Source of the DNA: Hemiscyllium ocellatum
Taxonomy: Eukaryota
DNA length: 64,000 nucleotides
Direction of reading: 5' to 3'
Assembly (NCBI RefSeq): GCF_020745735.1
Contig: NW_026867441.1
Coordinates: forward strand, 1-64,000
Position numbers and translations under genes: made by a program. The notes beneath the pieces are model-generated. The model saw nothing but the letters and a program-made list of their open reading frames with translations, ran no database searches and was not told where the DNA came from. Within the stretch, counting starts at the first letter, position 1. Each line of letters starts with the position of its first letter. Shown here one piece after another: positions 24,161 to 37,500 of this stretch.

Positions 24161-24789
24161 TGGAATAAGACTCCTTCCCTCAGACATGGACAGCAGCTGG
24201 CTCCCAATAATTGGCTCCCTCTCCGTCTCTCTCTTTCTCTCTCTCTTTCTCTCTCTATTTGTCTCTCTCTCTCCTCTTTCCCTCTCTTTGTCTTTGCATC
24301 ACCCCATCTCTCCCTCTCTCTCAGTTTCGATGCTGACTTCTACCTCTGAAGGGGCTCTCTGGTGGTCAGTGTGTAATAGAAGGAGCTGTGTGTCCGTTTT
24401 TTTTCGATGCTGTAGGGTTTATGAGCATGGAGGGAGGGGTTTCAGGCTCCGTGTTTTGATGTCAGGCAGTGATGCCTGTCCCAGTGGGTCAGACTGTGAT
24501 GCTGCTATTTGCTGGCACTGACACTATGATATGGATTGCAATGTCACTCAGTGTGACAGGAGGTTACATGGCTTGACCAGTGGTGGGGAGGAGCAGACTG
24601 AACAAGGAGCTGCAATCATCAGTCACTGCTGAAACCCTTCACACAGCCCTCACCGTCCTAAACTACGTCACCAAAAATTCTTTCAGCTCCTTCATGACAG
24701 CCCTGGAGCTGAAAATGGAACCAGAGAAAGACACCTTTTCAAGATGCTCCTGGACACAATGTACACTGTGTATTGCCCAATAATATGTG

Positions 24790-27700
24790 CAAAATCATGT
24801 CTTACAAAGTTGATTGAGTTTTTTTGAAGACGTAACAAGGAGGATTGATGAGGACAGAGTATTAGACGGGATCTATGTGGACTTCAGTAAGGCATTCAAC
24901 AAGGTTCCACATGGGAGACTGTTTAGCAAGGTTATGTCTTATGGAGTACAGGGAGAACTAGCCATTTGTATACAGAACTGGCTGAAAAGTAGAAGACAGC
25001 GGATGGTGGTGGAGGGTTGCTTTTCAGACTGGAGGCCTGTGACCAGTGGAGTGCCACAAGGGTTGGTGCTGAATCCATTATTTTTCATCATTTATATAAA
25101 TGATTTGGATGTGAACATAGGAGATATAGTTAGTAAGTTTACAGATGCCACCAAAATTTGGTGGTGTAGTGGACAGTGAAGAAGGTTTCCTCAGATAACA
25201 ATGGGATCTTGATCAAAAGGTCCAATGAGCTAAAGAGTGGCAGATGGAGTTTAATTTAGATAAATGTGACGTGCTGCATTTTAGCAAAGTAAATCTTAGC
25301 AGGACGTATGTACTTAATGGTCAGGCCCCAGAGAGTGTTGCTGAACAAAGACACCTTGGAGTGTAGTTTCATATCTCCTTGAAAGTGGAGTCACAGGTAG
25401 ATAGGATAGTGAAGAAGGCATTTGGTATGCTTTCCTTTATTGGTCAGAGTACTGAGTACAGGAGTTGGGAGGTCATGTTGCGGCTGTACAGGACATTGGA
25501 TAGACCACTTTTGGAAAATTGTGCACAAGTCCGGTCTCCATCCTATCTGAAGAATGTTGTGAATCTTGAAAGGGTTCAGAAAACATTTGCAAGGATGTTG
25601 CCAGGTTTGGAGGATTTGTGTTATAGGTAGAAGTTGAATAGGTTGGGGCTTTTTTCGCTGGAGCATCAGAAGCTAAGGGGTGACCTTATAGAGGTTTATA
25701 AAAGTATGAGGAGCATGCGTAGGATAAAGAGATAAGGTTTTTTCCCTGGGTTGGGAGTCCAAAACTAGAGGGCATAGGATTAGGGTGAGAGGGAAAAAAC
25801 ATAAAAGAGACTTGAGGGGGCCAATGTTTCACGCAGAGGGTGGTGTGTGTGTGAAATGGGCTGCCAGAGGAAATGGTGGAGGCTAGTACAATTACAACAT
25901 TTAAAATGCATCTGGATAGGGAAATGAATAGGAAGGGTTTCGATGGGTCGGGTGTTGGCAAGTGTACAAGACTGGGGTGGGATATCTGGTCGGCATGGAT
26001 GGGTTAGACTGAAGGGTCTGTTTCCGTGCTGATCATCTCTATGACTTAATGACTCCAGGAGGAGGTTGTTCAGCCCTTCGTGTCAGTGCTATCTGTTTAC
26101 TAACCTCTCACAATGAACATCTCTGTTGAATGTCTGTTGTTGGGAATTGATTGAATCTAGTTTTAGAGACAGAATATCTGACAAATCTAACCTGATCAGA
26201 GTAAGTCATCATGGATTTAAAGAGGTTCAGACATCTTCAACTAACCTGGTGACATACTATAAAGAGGTCACTAATGTGTGAGATAAGGGAATGTGTTGTT
26301 TATATGGACATCCAGATGACATTCAAGGAAGTTACACACAAATGTTATAATGTTATAATTGAAACAAAGAGATGACAGATAAACATATTCTGGATCTTTC
26401 TTCACAAATGAATTCTCAAATATATCTTAAAAATGTTGGTGAACCCAGGGTCTTATCAGAGGAAGGAACGAAAGGAATCTGTCTTTGTAAGGAAATGGTT
26501 CTGGGAAAATTAAAGTATGTTAAATCAGCAGGGACAAATAATATATTTTCGGGAGTACTTCAGGAAGCGGTTGTAAAATACTGGAAACACTGACAGTTAT
26601 CTGTTTGTCGGCTGTGGGATAGGTTCTAGAGAGTGGAGGGCAGCTAATTTAACACGACTATTGAAAAAGAGAGAGAGAGGGAAAATAAGGAATTTGAGAC
26701 CAATTAACCGGACATTAGCAGTGGAGAAACTGTTCAAGATCAGTCTAAAATGTTTTATAGCTTAGCACTTTGAAAACAGTGACAGAATTGGACAGAGTCA
26801 GCATAGATTTACGAAAGGGAAATATGCTTAACAAATCACCTGGAATTGTTCAAGGATGTAGCAAGTGGATGTGATAATATGGACCCCATGGATATGGTTT
26901 ATTTGGACTTTGTAAGGGGAGAAGGCAGATGGATCTGTGGTCAAAAATGAGACTTCTGAATAGCATGTTGCCTCCGAGGTGCACAGGTCAGGGATGTGTC
27001 AGATCAGCTACAGGACATTCTGAAGGGGGAGGTGAACAGCTAGCTGTGATGGTGCATGTAGGCACAAATGATATCAGTAATAAATGGGATAAGGTCCTAC
27101 AGCAGAATTTAGGAGGTAGGAACCACGTTAAAAAGTAGAACCTCAGAGGTAGTAATCTCAGGATTGCTACCAGTGCCACGTAGCAGAAATGAAAAAAAAA
27201 GCAGGATGAATGCGTGACTTGAGAGATGGTGTAGGAAGGAGATGCTCAGATTTTTGGGACATTAGGACCAGTTCTGGGCGAAGTGGGACTATTAAAAATC
27301 AGATGGTCTACACCTGGGCAGGACTGGAACTAATGTCCTCTGTGGTACTTTTGCTCATACTCTTGGGGAAGGTTCAAGATAAGGTAGCAGAGGGATGGCA
27401 AGATTAGGGAACCCTGGATGACAGAAGAAATTGTGAGACAAGCTAAGAGGAAAAAGGATGCATACATAAGGTCTATGTGGCTGTAAACAGATAAAGCTTT
27501 GGAAGAATACCGGGAAAGTAGGACAGATCTGAAATGAGGAATTAAAGGGGCTAAAAGGGGTCATGAAATATCATTAGCAAACAGGGTTTAGGAAAATCCC
27601 AAAACCTTTTATTTATATAAAAGAAGCAAGTGGGGTACCAGTGAAAGGGTTGGCCCACTCAAGGACAAAGGAGGAAAGTTAGGCGTGGAGTCAGAGAAAA

Positions 27701-30535
27701 TGGGAGAGCTTCTTAATGAGTACTTTGTTTCAGTAGACATCAAGAAGAGGGAAAAGATGGATGTTGAAATTGGTGATAGATGTTTGATTACTTTAGGTCA
27801 AGTCGGTTTAAGAGTGGAGGAAGTGTTGAGTATTCTAAAAAGCATTAAGGTGGACAAGTCCCCATGTCGGGATGGGATCTATCCCAGGTTACTGAGGGAA
27901 CCGAGAGAGGAAATAGCTGGGGCCTTAACAGATATCTTTGTAGCCGCCTTGAACGTGGCAGAGATCCCAGAGGACTAGAGAATTGCTAATGTTTTCCCCT
28001 TGTTTAAGAAGGGCAGCAAGGATAATCCAGGTTATTATCAACCGGTGAGCCTGACGTCAGTGGTAGGGAAGATGCTGGAAAAGATACTGAGGGATTGGAT
28101 CTATTTACATTTGGAAGAAAATTGACTTATCAGTGATAGGCAGCATGATTTTGTGCAGGGAATGTCATATCTTCCTAACTTAATAGAATTCTTTGAAGAA
28201 GTGACAAAGTTGATTGATGAGGAAAGGGCTGTTTGTGTCATATACATGGACTTCAGTAAGGTGTTTCACAAAGTTCCCCATGATAGCCTGATGGAGAAAT
28301 TAAAGTCACATGGGGTCCAGGGTGTACTAGCCAGATGGATAGAGAACAGGCTGGGCAACAGGAGACAGACAATAGTAGAGGAAGGGAGTTTCTCAAAATT
28401 GAAAACTGACCTGTGGTGTTCCACAGGGATCCATGTTGTTTGTGATGTACATAAATGATCTGAAGGAAGGTATAGGTGGTCTGATTGGCAAGTTTGCAGA
28501 TGACACTAAGATTGGTGGAGTAGCAGATAGTGAAGGGGACTGTCAGAGAATACAGCGGAATATAGACAGATTGGAGAGTTGGGCAGAGAAACGGATGGAT
28601 GGAGTTCAATCTGGACAAATTCGAGCTGATGAATTTTGGAAGATCCAATTCTAGATGAACTATACAGTGAATGGAAAGTCCTGGAGAAAATAGATGTACA
28701 GAGAGATCTGGGTGTTCAGGTTCATTGTAACCTGAATGTTGCAACACAGGTCAAGAAGGTATATGGCTGGCTTTCTTTCATCGGGTGGAGAACTGAGTAC
28801 AAAAGTTGGCAGGTCATGATAGAATTATATCGGACTTTGGTTTGGCCACATTTGGAATACTGCCCACAGTTCTGGTCGCCATATTACCAGAAGGATGTGG
28901 ATGCTTTGGAGAGGGTGCAGAGGAGGTTCACTGGGATTGCCTGGTATGGAGGGCACTAGCTATGGAGAAAGGGTGAGTAGATCAGGATTATTTTCATGAG
29001 AAAGTCGAAGGTTGAGGGGAGACCTGCTTGAGATCTACAAAATCATGAGTGGGGGAGATAGAGTGGGTAGCACGAAGCTTTTTCCCAGAGTGGGGGACTC
29101 AATTACTCGGGGTCATGAGTTGAAGGTTAGAGGGGAAAGTTTAAGGGAGAAATGCATGGAAAGTTCTTTACACAGAATGTGGTTGGTGCCTGGAACGTGT
29201 TGCCAGCCAAGGTAATAGAGGCAGGCATGGTCGCACCATTAAAGATGTATCTAGACAGACACAGGAACGGGCAGGGAGCAAAGGGATAAAGATCCTTGGA
29301 AAATTGATGACCAGTTTAGGTCGATGTTCTGGATCGACGCAGGCTTCGAGGGCCGAAGGGTCTGAGTCTGTGCTGTAATTTTCTTTGTTCTTTGAACTGA
29401 CGAAGCTCAGTGGTACATAGTGATCTTGGGGTACTTGCCCACGGATCTCTGAATGTGGCAAGACAGGTTAACAGAGCAGTTATGAAGGCACTTGTATTTG
29501 TCATTTCAGGTATTGGTTATAAAAGCAGGAGGATATGGTGCAGTTAAGCAGAACATTACTTAGGCCACAGCTGGAATACTGTGGGCAGTTCAGGTCACCA
29601 CACTGTAGGAAGGATGTGATTGCACTGGATGGGGTGCAGAGGGGAATCACCAGGATGTTACGTGGGATTAAACCTCTCAGTGATGAAGAGAAATTGGATC
29701 AGCTCGGGTTGTTTTCTTCAGCGCAGAGAACGTGGAGGGGGGACGTGATAGAGGTGTATAAGGTTATGAGGGGAATGGGCATGGTGGAGAGAAAGCAGCT
29801 GTCTTCCTTTGTCGGGGGGTGGTGGTCAATAACAAGTTGGTTCACATTCAATGTGAAAGATAGGAGGTTTCAAGATGTTTTGAGGAAATTGTTTTTCACC
29901 CAGAGGATGATGTGGTTCTTGAATGCACACCATGGAAAGGTAGTTGAAGTGGGAAACCTGAAAAAGTACTTGGGTGAGTAGTTGAAATGTCATAACATTC
30001 AAGCGATGGGCCTTGTGTTGGAAAGTGAGACTGGTGTAGGTTTAGTGGAAATTGGCTGGTACACAGTTAATGGGCCAAAGGGCCTCCTCTGTACTGTGTG
30101 ATTTTATGATTCTATTGTGTGCAGTTTTGGACTCAGTATCTGAGAAATGATGTTCTGGTTGTGGAGGGAGGGAAATGAAGGTTTACCAGACTGATCCCTG
30201 GGACGACAGCACTTATATTTGTTGAGAAACTGGATCAGTTAGGACTATATTCACTGGAGTTTAGAAGATTGAGAGGAATCACATTAAAACCTATAAAATC
30301 CTAACAGGACAAGACCGGAAAAACACAGGAAGGATGTTCCTAATGACTGGAAAATCCAGAACCAGGAATTACAGTTTAAAGAAAAGGGAAAGGCCATTTC
30401 GGACTGAAATGAGGAGACATTTCTTTAGCCAGAGAGTGGGAAGCTAGTGGAATATTCTGTCACAGAAAGCAGTTGAGCCCAAAACATGAAATGTTTTCAA
30501 GAAGATGATAGGGACAGTTCTTGGGACTGAAGGGA
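24790..30535 (+). mobile_element. Stack of CR1 RT and 3'-end fragments
   Basis: [45 protein letters not shown] in several tandem 5'-truncated copies. Confidence 0.85.
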
Positions 30536-30537
30536 TT

Positions 30538-31305
30538 GTTGTGGTTCTGTTCGCCGAGCTGGAAGTTTTTGCTGCAAACGTTTCGTTCCCTGGCTAGGGA
30601 ACATCATCAGTGCTATTGGAGCCTCCTGTAAAGCGCTGCTTTGATGTTTCTTCCGGTATTTATAGTGGTTTGTTCTTGCCGCCTCCGGGTGTCAGTTTCA
30701 GCTGTAGTATTTATGTGGGGTCCAGGTCGATGTGTCTGTTGATGGATGTTCTTGCCGCTTCCGGGTGTCAGTTTCAGCTGTAGTGGTTTGTATATGGGGT
30801 CCAGGTCCATGTGTCTGTTAATGGAGTTTGTGGATTAATGCCATGCCTCTAGGAATTCCCTGGCTGTTCTCTGTCTGGCTTGTCCTATGATGGTAGTGTT
30901 TTCCCAGTCAAATTCATGTTCCTGGTTGTCTGAGTGTATGGCTACTAGGGATAGCTGGTCGTGTCATTTTGTGGCTAGCTGATGTTCATGGATGCGGATT
31001 GTTAGCTGTCTTCCTGTTTGTCCTATATAGTGTTTTGTGCAGTCCTTGCATGGTATTTTGTAAACTTCATTAGTTTGGCTCGTGCTGGCTATTGGGTCCT
31101 TTGTTCTAGTGAGTTGTTGTCTGAGTGTAGAAGTTGGCTTGTGTGCTGTTATGAGTCCTAAGGGTCGCAGTAGTCTGGCTGTCAGTTCTGAGACGCTCCT
31201 GACGTATGGTAGTGTGGCTAGTCCTTTTGGTTGTGGCATGTCCTCGTTCCGTGGTCTATCTCTTAGGCATCTGGTGATAAAGTTGCGTGGGTATCCGTTT
31301 TTGGC
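30538..31305 (-). mobile_element. 5'-truncated Penelope-like element (GIY-YIG endonuclease), 9-bp TSD
   Basis: ORF 30964-31362: VYKIPCKDCTKHYIGQTGRQLTIRIHEH. GAAGGGATT at 30529-30537 and 31306-31314. Confidence 0.9.
30574..30613 (-). ncRNA. Minimal type I hammerhead ribozyme motif in a Penelope terminus
   Basis: GCA-CTGATGA-T-GTTCCC-TAGCCA-GGGAAC-GAAAC-GTT-TGC: core boxes, perfect helix II, 3-bp helix I, GUU triplet. PLE-borne hammerheads are an established class. Confidence 0.7.
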
Positions 31306-31439
31306 GAAGGGATTAAAGGTTATGGGGGAAAATGGAAACAGGGGACTAAGTTGAATAATCAACCATGGTCATATTGAATGGTGGAGCTGACTCAAAGGGC
31401 TGAATGGCCTCTTCCTGCTCCTAGTTCCTTTGCTTCTAT

Positions 31440-32240
31440 GTATGAGAGATTGTTTATAAACATGGACACAATGGAAATATAGAGTCACAGAGTCATCGAG
31501 TCCTACAGCACAGAGACAGGCCCTTTGGCCCAAACTGGACCGTGCTGACCAAAATGTCCATCCACACTAACCCCATTTCCCTGCACTTGGTCCATATCCT
31601 TCAAAGATTTTCCTATCTATGTATTTGTCAAAATGCTTTTTAAATGTTGTTAATCTACCCCCCCAATCATTTCCACTGCAGCTCATTCCATATGCGGATG
31701 ACCCTTTCTGTAAAAATGTTGTACCTCAGGTTCTCTTTTATTCTAACCTTAAACCGATGCCCTCTACTCCTTGATTCCCCAACTCTGGGAAAAAGACTGA
31801 GTGCATTCACTCTATCCAAGTCTCACATGATCTTTTCTACTTCTAAAAGATCCCCCTCAGTCTCCTACGCTCTAAGTAATGAATCCTAATTTGTCCAACC
31901 TCTTCCTGTCACTCAGATCATTGAGTCCAGGCAACATCCTTGTAAATTTCTTCTGTACTCTTTGTGGTTTAATAATATCCTTCCTATAACAAAGTGACCA
32001 AAACTGAACACAATACTCCAAGTGAGACCTCACCAATATCCTGTACATCTGTAATATAACTTCCCAAATTCTATACCCAGTACCCTGACTGATGAAGGCC
32101 ATGACACCGCTTCTTGTAGTGTCGTCTGCAAACTTACTAATCATGCCTTGCAGATTCTCATCCAAATTATTGATAGAGATAACAAACAGTAATGGGTCCA
32201 GCATTGAACCCTGAGGCACTCCACAAGTCACTGGCCCCCA
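31440..32240 (-). mobile_element. CR1 3' fragment
   Basis: GVPQGSMLDPLLF, KFADDT, VRSHLEYCVQFWS. Confidence 0.85.
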
Positions 32241-32946
32241 GTCAGACTAGCATCCTTCCACTATGAACATCTGCTTCCTACCATTAAGCCAATTAGAGAA
32301 AAATATCTGTCTTTGGTGAGGAATTCGTTTGGGTGTAGGTGGCCTTTGGATGTAGGAGACAGAGAAGAGGGATAATGTGTGTGCTCTCCAATAATGTGAA
32401 TATTGGTGTCCCCAGGGATCTGCGCTGGGACCTAAGCATTTCATGATATTTCTCAATGACTTGGATGAAGGAATAGCGAGCCATTTATCCAAGATTGCAG
32501 ACCACACTGAGCAACACAGTTTGGAGGAGGTTACAGAGATAGGGAGAGTGAAGGACAGGGATGGATTTGAGAACAAGCATGAGAATTTGATGACCGAAGT
32601 GTTGCTGTTCCAGGAGCCAATGTAGACATGGCGTGCAGGGGATTGGGGGAACAGAAGTTGGTGCAAGTCTGGACATTGGCAGCATACTTTGGGAAGAGTG
32701 AGTGCAGTGGCTGTGATGTGTGCGAGCACAATATTCGAATGCCCATGTTTGGATTCACAACAGGATGGCTGAGAATTTCAGTGGCTGATCTTTGTGATGT
32801 GGAAGATGTGGGACTCAGAACAGCCCCAAAGATGAGGCCTAGGTTGAAAAGAGTCTGGTTGAGCAGCAGACAGGGCTCAGGGAGAGGGATGGAGTTTGTA
32901 CCGGGAGCTGAAGAGGATGGCTGTGACCTTCCCAATGTGTTTCACA

Positions 32947-33122
32947 GTGAGCCTGGCTCCTCAGTCCTTTAGCTGCTGTGATTGTCACTGATCGGACACT
33001 TATTATTAGAGATTCTGACCACAGCAGAAAGCCCCAGCGTAAAAAATAACTGCAAAGGCTGTCAGATCGGAAGGTTGAAACTTCACCAAGAGAGGAAATG
33101 AAAGAAGGAGCTCGGAGCAGCT
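32947..33122 (+). promoter_or_regulatory. Candidate lymphoid enhancer block, copy B (truncated, no adjacent V)
   Basis: ACCACA 33018-33023, GAGGAAATGAAA 33092-33103. Similarity stops at the E-box, which reads CAGCTC here. Confidence 0.4.
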
Positions 33123-35174
33123 CACAAACACACACACCTGCACTCGGAGATCAGAAACAGAATCCAGCAGCAGCTCTGTCTCTAAGCTGTGAAACCTGAA
33201 CAGAATTATTCCCTCATTCAGTTTTTAAAAGGCGGGATAGACCAAGCAGGGGAGGCAACACAGTGGTGTGTACAGTCGAAACGGAGTTACCCTGGGAGTC
33301 CTCACCATTAACTATGGAACCCATGAAGCCTCATGACAGCAGGTCAAACATGGGGAAGGAAACCTCCTGCTGATTACCACATAGCACCGCCCTCCGCTCC
33401 AACCTCAACTGAGCAGTCAGTCCTCCTCCATATTGAACAACACTTGGAGGGAGCACTGTGGGTGGGAATGATGCAGGATATACCCTGAGTAAGGGACTTC
33501 AAAGTCCACCTTCAAGAGCTGCTCAGAAGCATCACTACTGAGCAAGCTGGCCAAGTTCCACCTGATTCAGCTGCTAGACTGGACCTGGGGCAGGTGGTGA
33601 GGGAACCAACAAGAGGGAAAAACAAACTCACTATCACCCTCACCAACCTGCTGCTGGTGTAGCTGTCCATGACAGTATCAGTAAGGGTGACCACCGCACA
33701 GTCCGTGTGGAGACAAAATCCCATCTTTACATTGAGATTACCTTACATTTTGTTGGGCAAGAGATATGGAACGACAGAAAGAACTTTGTTTTTTGCAGCA
33801 ATTGGCAATGACTTCAAAATTAGTGCCCATTCAGGTGAGGCAGGTGAAGAAACATTGATTGCAATGGCAGATTGGATGGGCTCTTGATGGAAATAAACCT
33901 GCAAGGCTCTGGGAGTCGAGTAGGGGAGGGGGTGGGACTGACTGGATGGCTCCATTAAATGACAGCATTTCACTGACAGGCTGAATGTTCTCCCCCTGTG
34001 CTGGAAATAGGTCTCACTCAATGAGGGGTTCAAAATTAGAGAGTTTGGATGCAGTAAATACAGGACAAATTGTTTCTCCAGGCAGGAGGGTCAGTAACCA
34101 GAGGGCACACATTTCAGACAGGGTCTGAACACCAAGAAAGAAGATAGGAACATTTTTATCCAGTGAGCTCATGATGACTGTCTGCAAGGTGAGTGGAAGT
34201 GGATTCAACAGCAACTTTCAAAAGGGCATTTGGACAAATAGGTGTAAAGGAAACAATTGCAGGGTTATACAGGAAGGGCTGGGCAAATGGGACTCATGGG
34301 ACTAATTTGACTAACAGTCACTACAGGCCCAGTGACCTCTGTCTGTGCTGTATAAGAGCTTACACACACTTAGTCTCACCTTTACACAAAGACTGGGAGA
34401 AACAGACAACCCAGTTTACAGAAAAGTGTTTTCTCAAGGAAAACGCTCTTGAACCAACTCAGGGAACACGCCAGACTAGATTTACTGGACTACATCAGCA
34501 AATCAATGGCAAGGGAACAGTGAACCAAAAGTAATGGCACTCAACAGTATATTCAATAGCACAACAATTGAGAGGGGGAGGGATGAAGGGCAGGGGGTCA
34601 GAGAGCTCTAGGGGTCTGAAGGCTCTGCTGTCAATACTGGGATGGAGGAAGCAGCAATGGGCAGGAGACCAGCGAGAGAAGATGGAAGGGGGAGGGAGGG
34701 AATGTGAATCTGCAGCAGGGCACAGAGTGAGGGAGGAGAAAGGTCATGGAGGCAATTGGCTGTCAGTGAGGTCAGGGGTCATTCTGGAATAACACATGGA
34801 AAGACATGGAAGAGATCACGCCATATCAGACAAGCTGGCGTTTATGGGATTTGGCTTCAGGAAGCTGGGAGAGGACATTGGAATCATATAGTTAGAAGGC
34901 GGGACAAACAGGAATTAGGGTTTCTGTGGTCAAGGGGCTGAGGTAGTGCAGAGACGGACAATGTCATTAAGACTGAAATAAGAGACCTACGTGATGGAGA
35001 GGATGTGGGGTTTGCAGCTCACATATTGGACAGTCCTGAGGGAAGGAGGCCCATGTTTACTGGTCTCTTCTGAAGCATCCAGTGGGAAGGAGGTCCATGT
35101 TTATTGGTGCCTATTGGAGGGTCCAGTGGGAAGGAGGTCTATGTTTACTGGGCCTATGGGAAGATGGACCATGT

Positions 35175-36425
35175 GGACATCATCATAGAGTTATGGAGGT
35201 TTACAGCATGGCATCAGGCCCTTCAGCTCTACTCATCCATGCCGACCAAGTTTCCAAAACTGAACTAGTCCCATTTGCCTGTGTTTGGCCCAAATCTCTC
35301 CGAATCCTTCCTATCCATGTTCCTGTAAAAATGTCCTGGAAATGTAGTAATTGTACTCACCTTTACCACTTCCTCTGGCAGTCATTGCACACACATGCCA
35401 TCCTCTGTGTGAAAAGGTTGCCTCTCAGGGCCCTTCTAACTCTTTCCCCTCTCAACTTAAATCTATTTCTTCTAGTACTGGACTCTCCTACCCTGAGGAA
35501 AAGACTTTGACTATTCATCTTATCAATGACCCTCATGATTCTATGAACCTCTATCTGGTCACCCCTCAATCTTCTGCATTTCCTGGAAGAACATCTCGGC
35601 CTATCCATCCTCGCCTTATAATTCAAACCCTCCAATCTTGGTAACATCCCTGTTAATCTTCATTTTATCCAAACCAGTGTAATAACTTCCTTCCTATAGC
35701 AGGGTGTGCAGAAATGTGCACAGTGTCCAAATGTGGCCTTATCAATGTCTTATACAGCTGTCACATGATGTCCCAGCTCCTGTACTCCCTGCTTTTTCCA
35801 GTGAAGGTGAGCGTGTCAAATACCTTCTTCACCACCCTGTCTACCTGTGACACCACTTTCAAGGAACTGTGTACCTGTACCCCTCGGTCTCTCTGTTCAA
35901 CAACACTCCCCATGACTCTACCATTTATTGTGTAATTCCTGCCCTGTTTTGTCTTACCAAAAGGTAACTCCTTCCATTTATCGAAATTAAACTCCATCTG
36001 GATTTGTTGACCCACTGGCCCAGTTGATCAAGATGACATTGCACTCTTGGATAACCTTCTTCCCTGTCGATGATGCCAATAATTTTAATGTCAGCCACAA
36101 ACTTACTGACCATTCCTCTTATTTTCTCATCCACATTGTTCATATAAATGAAGACCAACAGTGGATCCAGGATCGATTCTTGTGGCAGACGGCTGGTCAC
36201 TAGCCTCCAGTCTGAAGAACAACCCTCTCTCACCAGCCTCTGTCTCCTACCATCAGGCCAATTTTATATCCAATTGGCTCGCTCTCCCTGGATCCTATGT
36301 GATATAATCTTACTGAGCAGTCTGCCATGGTGGGGGGAACCTTGTCTAAGGCCTTGCTAAAGTCCATGTAGACAGAGTGTACTGCTGTACCTTTATCTAC
36401 CTTCTTGCTTACTTCTTCAAAAACT
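35175..36425 (-). mobile_element. CR1 3' fragment inserted into the 44-bp minisatellite of module B
   Basis: RT motifs (KFVADIK, RNRFKLRG); minisatellite units flank it on both sides. Confidence 0.85.
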
Positions 36426-37114
36426 CAGCCATCCACTTATCTCCATTGGAAAGTCCAGTGATTAGGAGCCCCATGTTTACTGGTCTCAATTAGAAGGTTC
36501 AGTGGGAAGGAGGCCCATGTTTACTGGTCTCAATTGGGTGGTTCAGTGGGAAGGAGGTCCATGTCTCTCCATTGGGCAGCCCCGTGAACTGAATTCCATG
36601 TTTGTTGGACTCTGTTGGAGTGTCCATTACATCATGGACGCCATGATTGGTGTGGGGCCAGTTCCCTTCTGCTGTAACTGTGATGCTCTGAACATCATCC
36701 CAGTGAAACACATTGACTCAGAGACTGATCATGGAATGGGAAGGAGAGGGGAAGGGATTGGAGCATGTTGTGAATGGACAGGATGGGTCACTGGGTCACA
36801 AACTGTCCTGCCCCATCCCTCCAGCTCACACTGATGGCCTGAGGAACTCATCTCTCTGCTGGGCCTTCATGGAATGAGGTTTGTGTCCAAACCAGTCCCC
36901 AGTGAGAATAGGCCAACAGCACAGAACTGCCCTTCCTTTGACAAGAATCTGTCCATCTTCCTGAGAGAGGCTAAACCTTGGTCACTGTGGGAAATGGGGC
37001 CTTACTCCAGGGAAAAAAAAACATGCTTCTGGGGTCAAAGGTTAACATCCATTATTGGGGCAGAGCAGAAGGAGATTTATTCTGCATTCAACTGTCATCA
37101 CCTGGGACACTGTG

Positions 37115-37263
37115 AGAAAGGGAGAGAAGCGAGACAGAGAGAGAGAGAGAGAGAGGGAGAGTGTGTGTGTAATCGAGGAATAGAGGGAGGAGCATCTGAG
37201 ACAGTGTGAGATATGTCAGGGGACCGAGAGCGGTAGAGGGGGGTAAAAATGATGTGGTTGATG

Positions 37264-37304
<41 letters not shown>

Positions 37305-37500
37305 GATTATCTGACGGAGTGAGGAACTGTGAGTGGGTTGGAGAGAGTGGCTATGAGAGAGGGAGTGAGAGATAGAGAGAGAGAGAGAGAGAGAAAATAT
37401 GAAAGAGAATATGAAAGAGATTAAAAGTGGGAGAGAGATAGATAGGTAGAGAGAAAGAAGTGGCAGATGTGAGTCAAAAAGGAAGATAGAGAGAGAGAGG
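37115..37500 (+). repeat. GA-rich simple repeat tract (module B)
   Basis: (GA)n runs. Confidence 0.9.

Noticed and set aside
30672-30827. 76-bp tandem duplication inside the Penelope copy
   Set aside because: Real, but most simply a local slippage or template-switch in a dead element; no sign of function.
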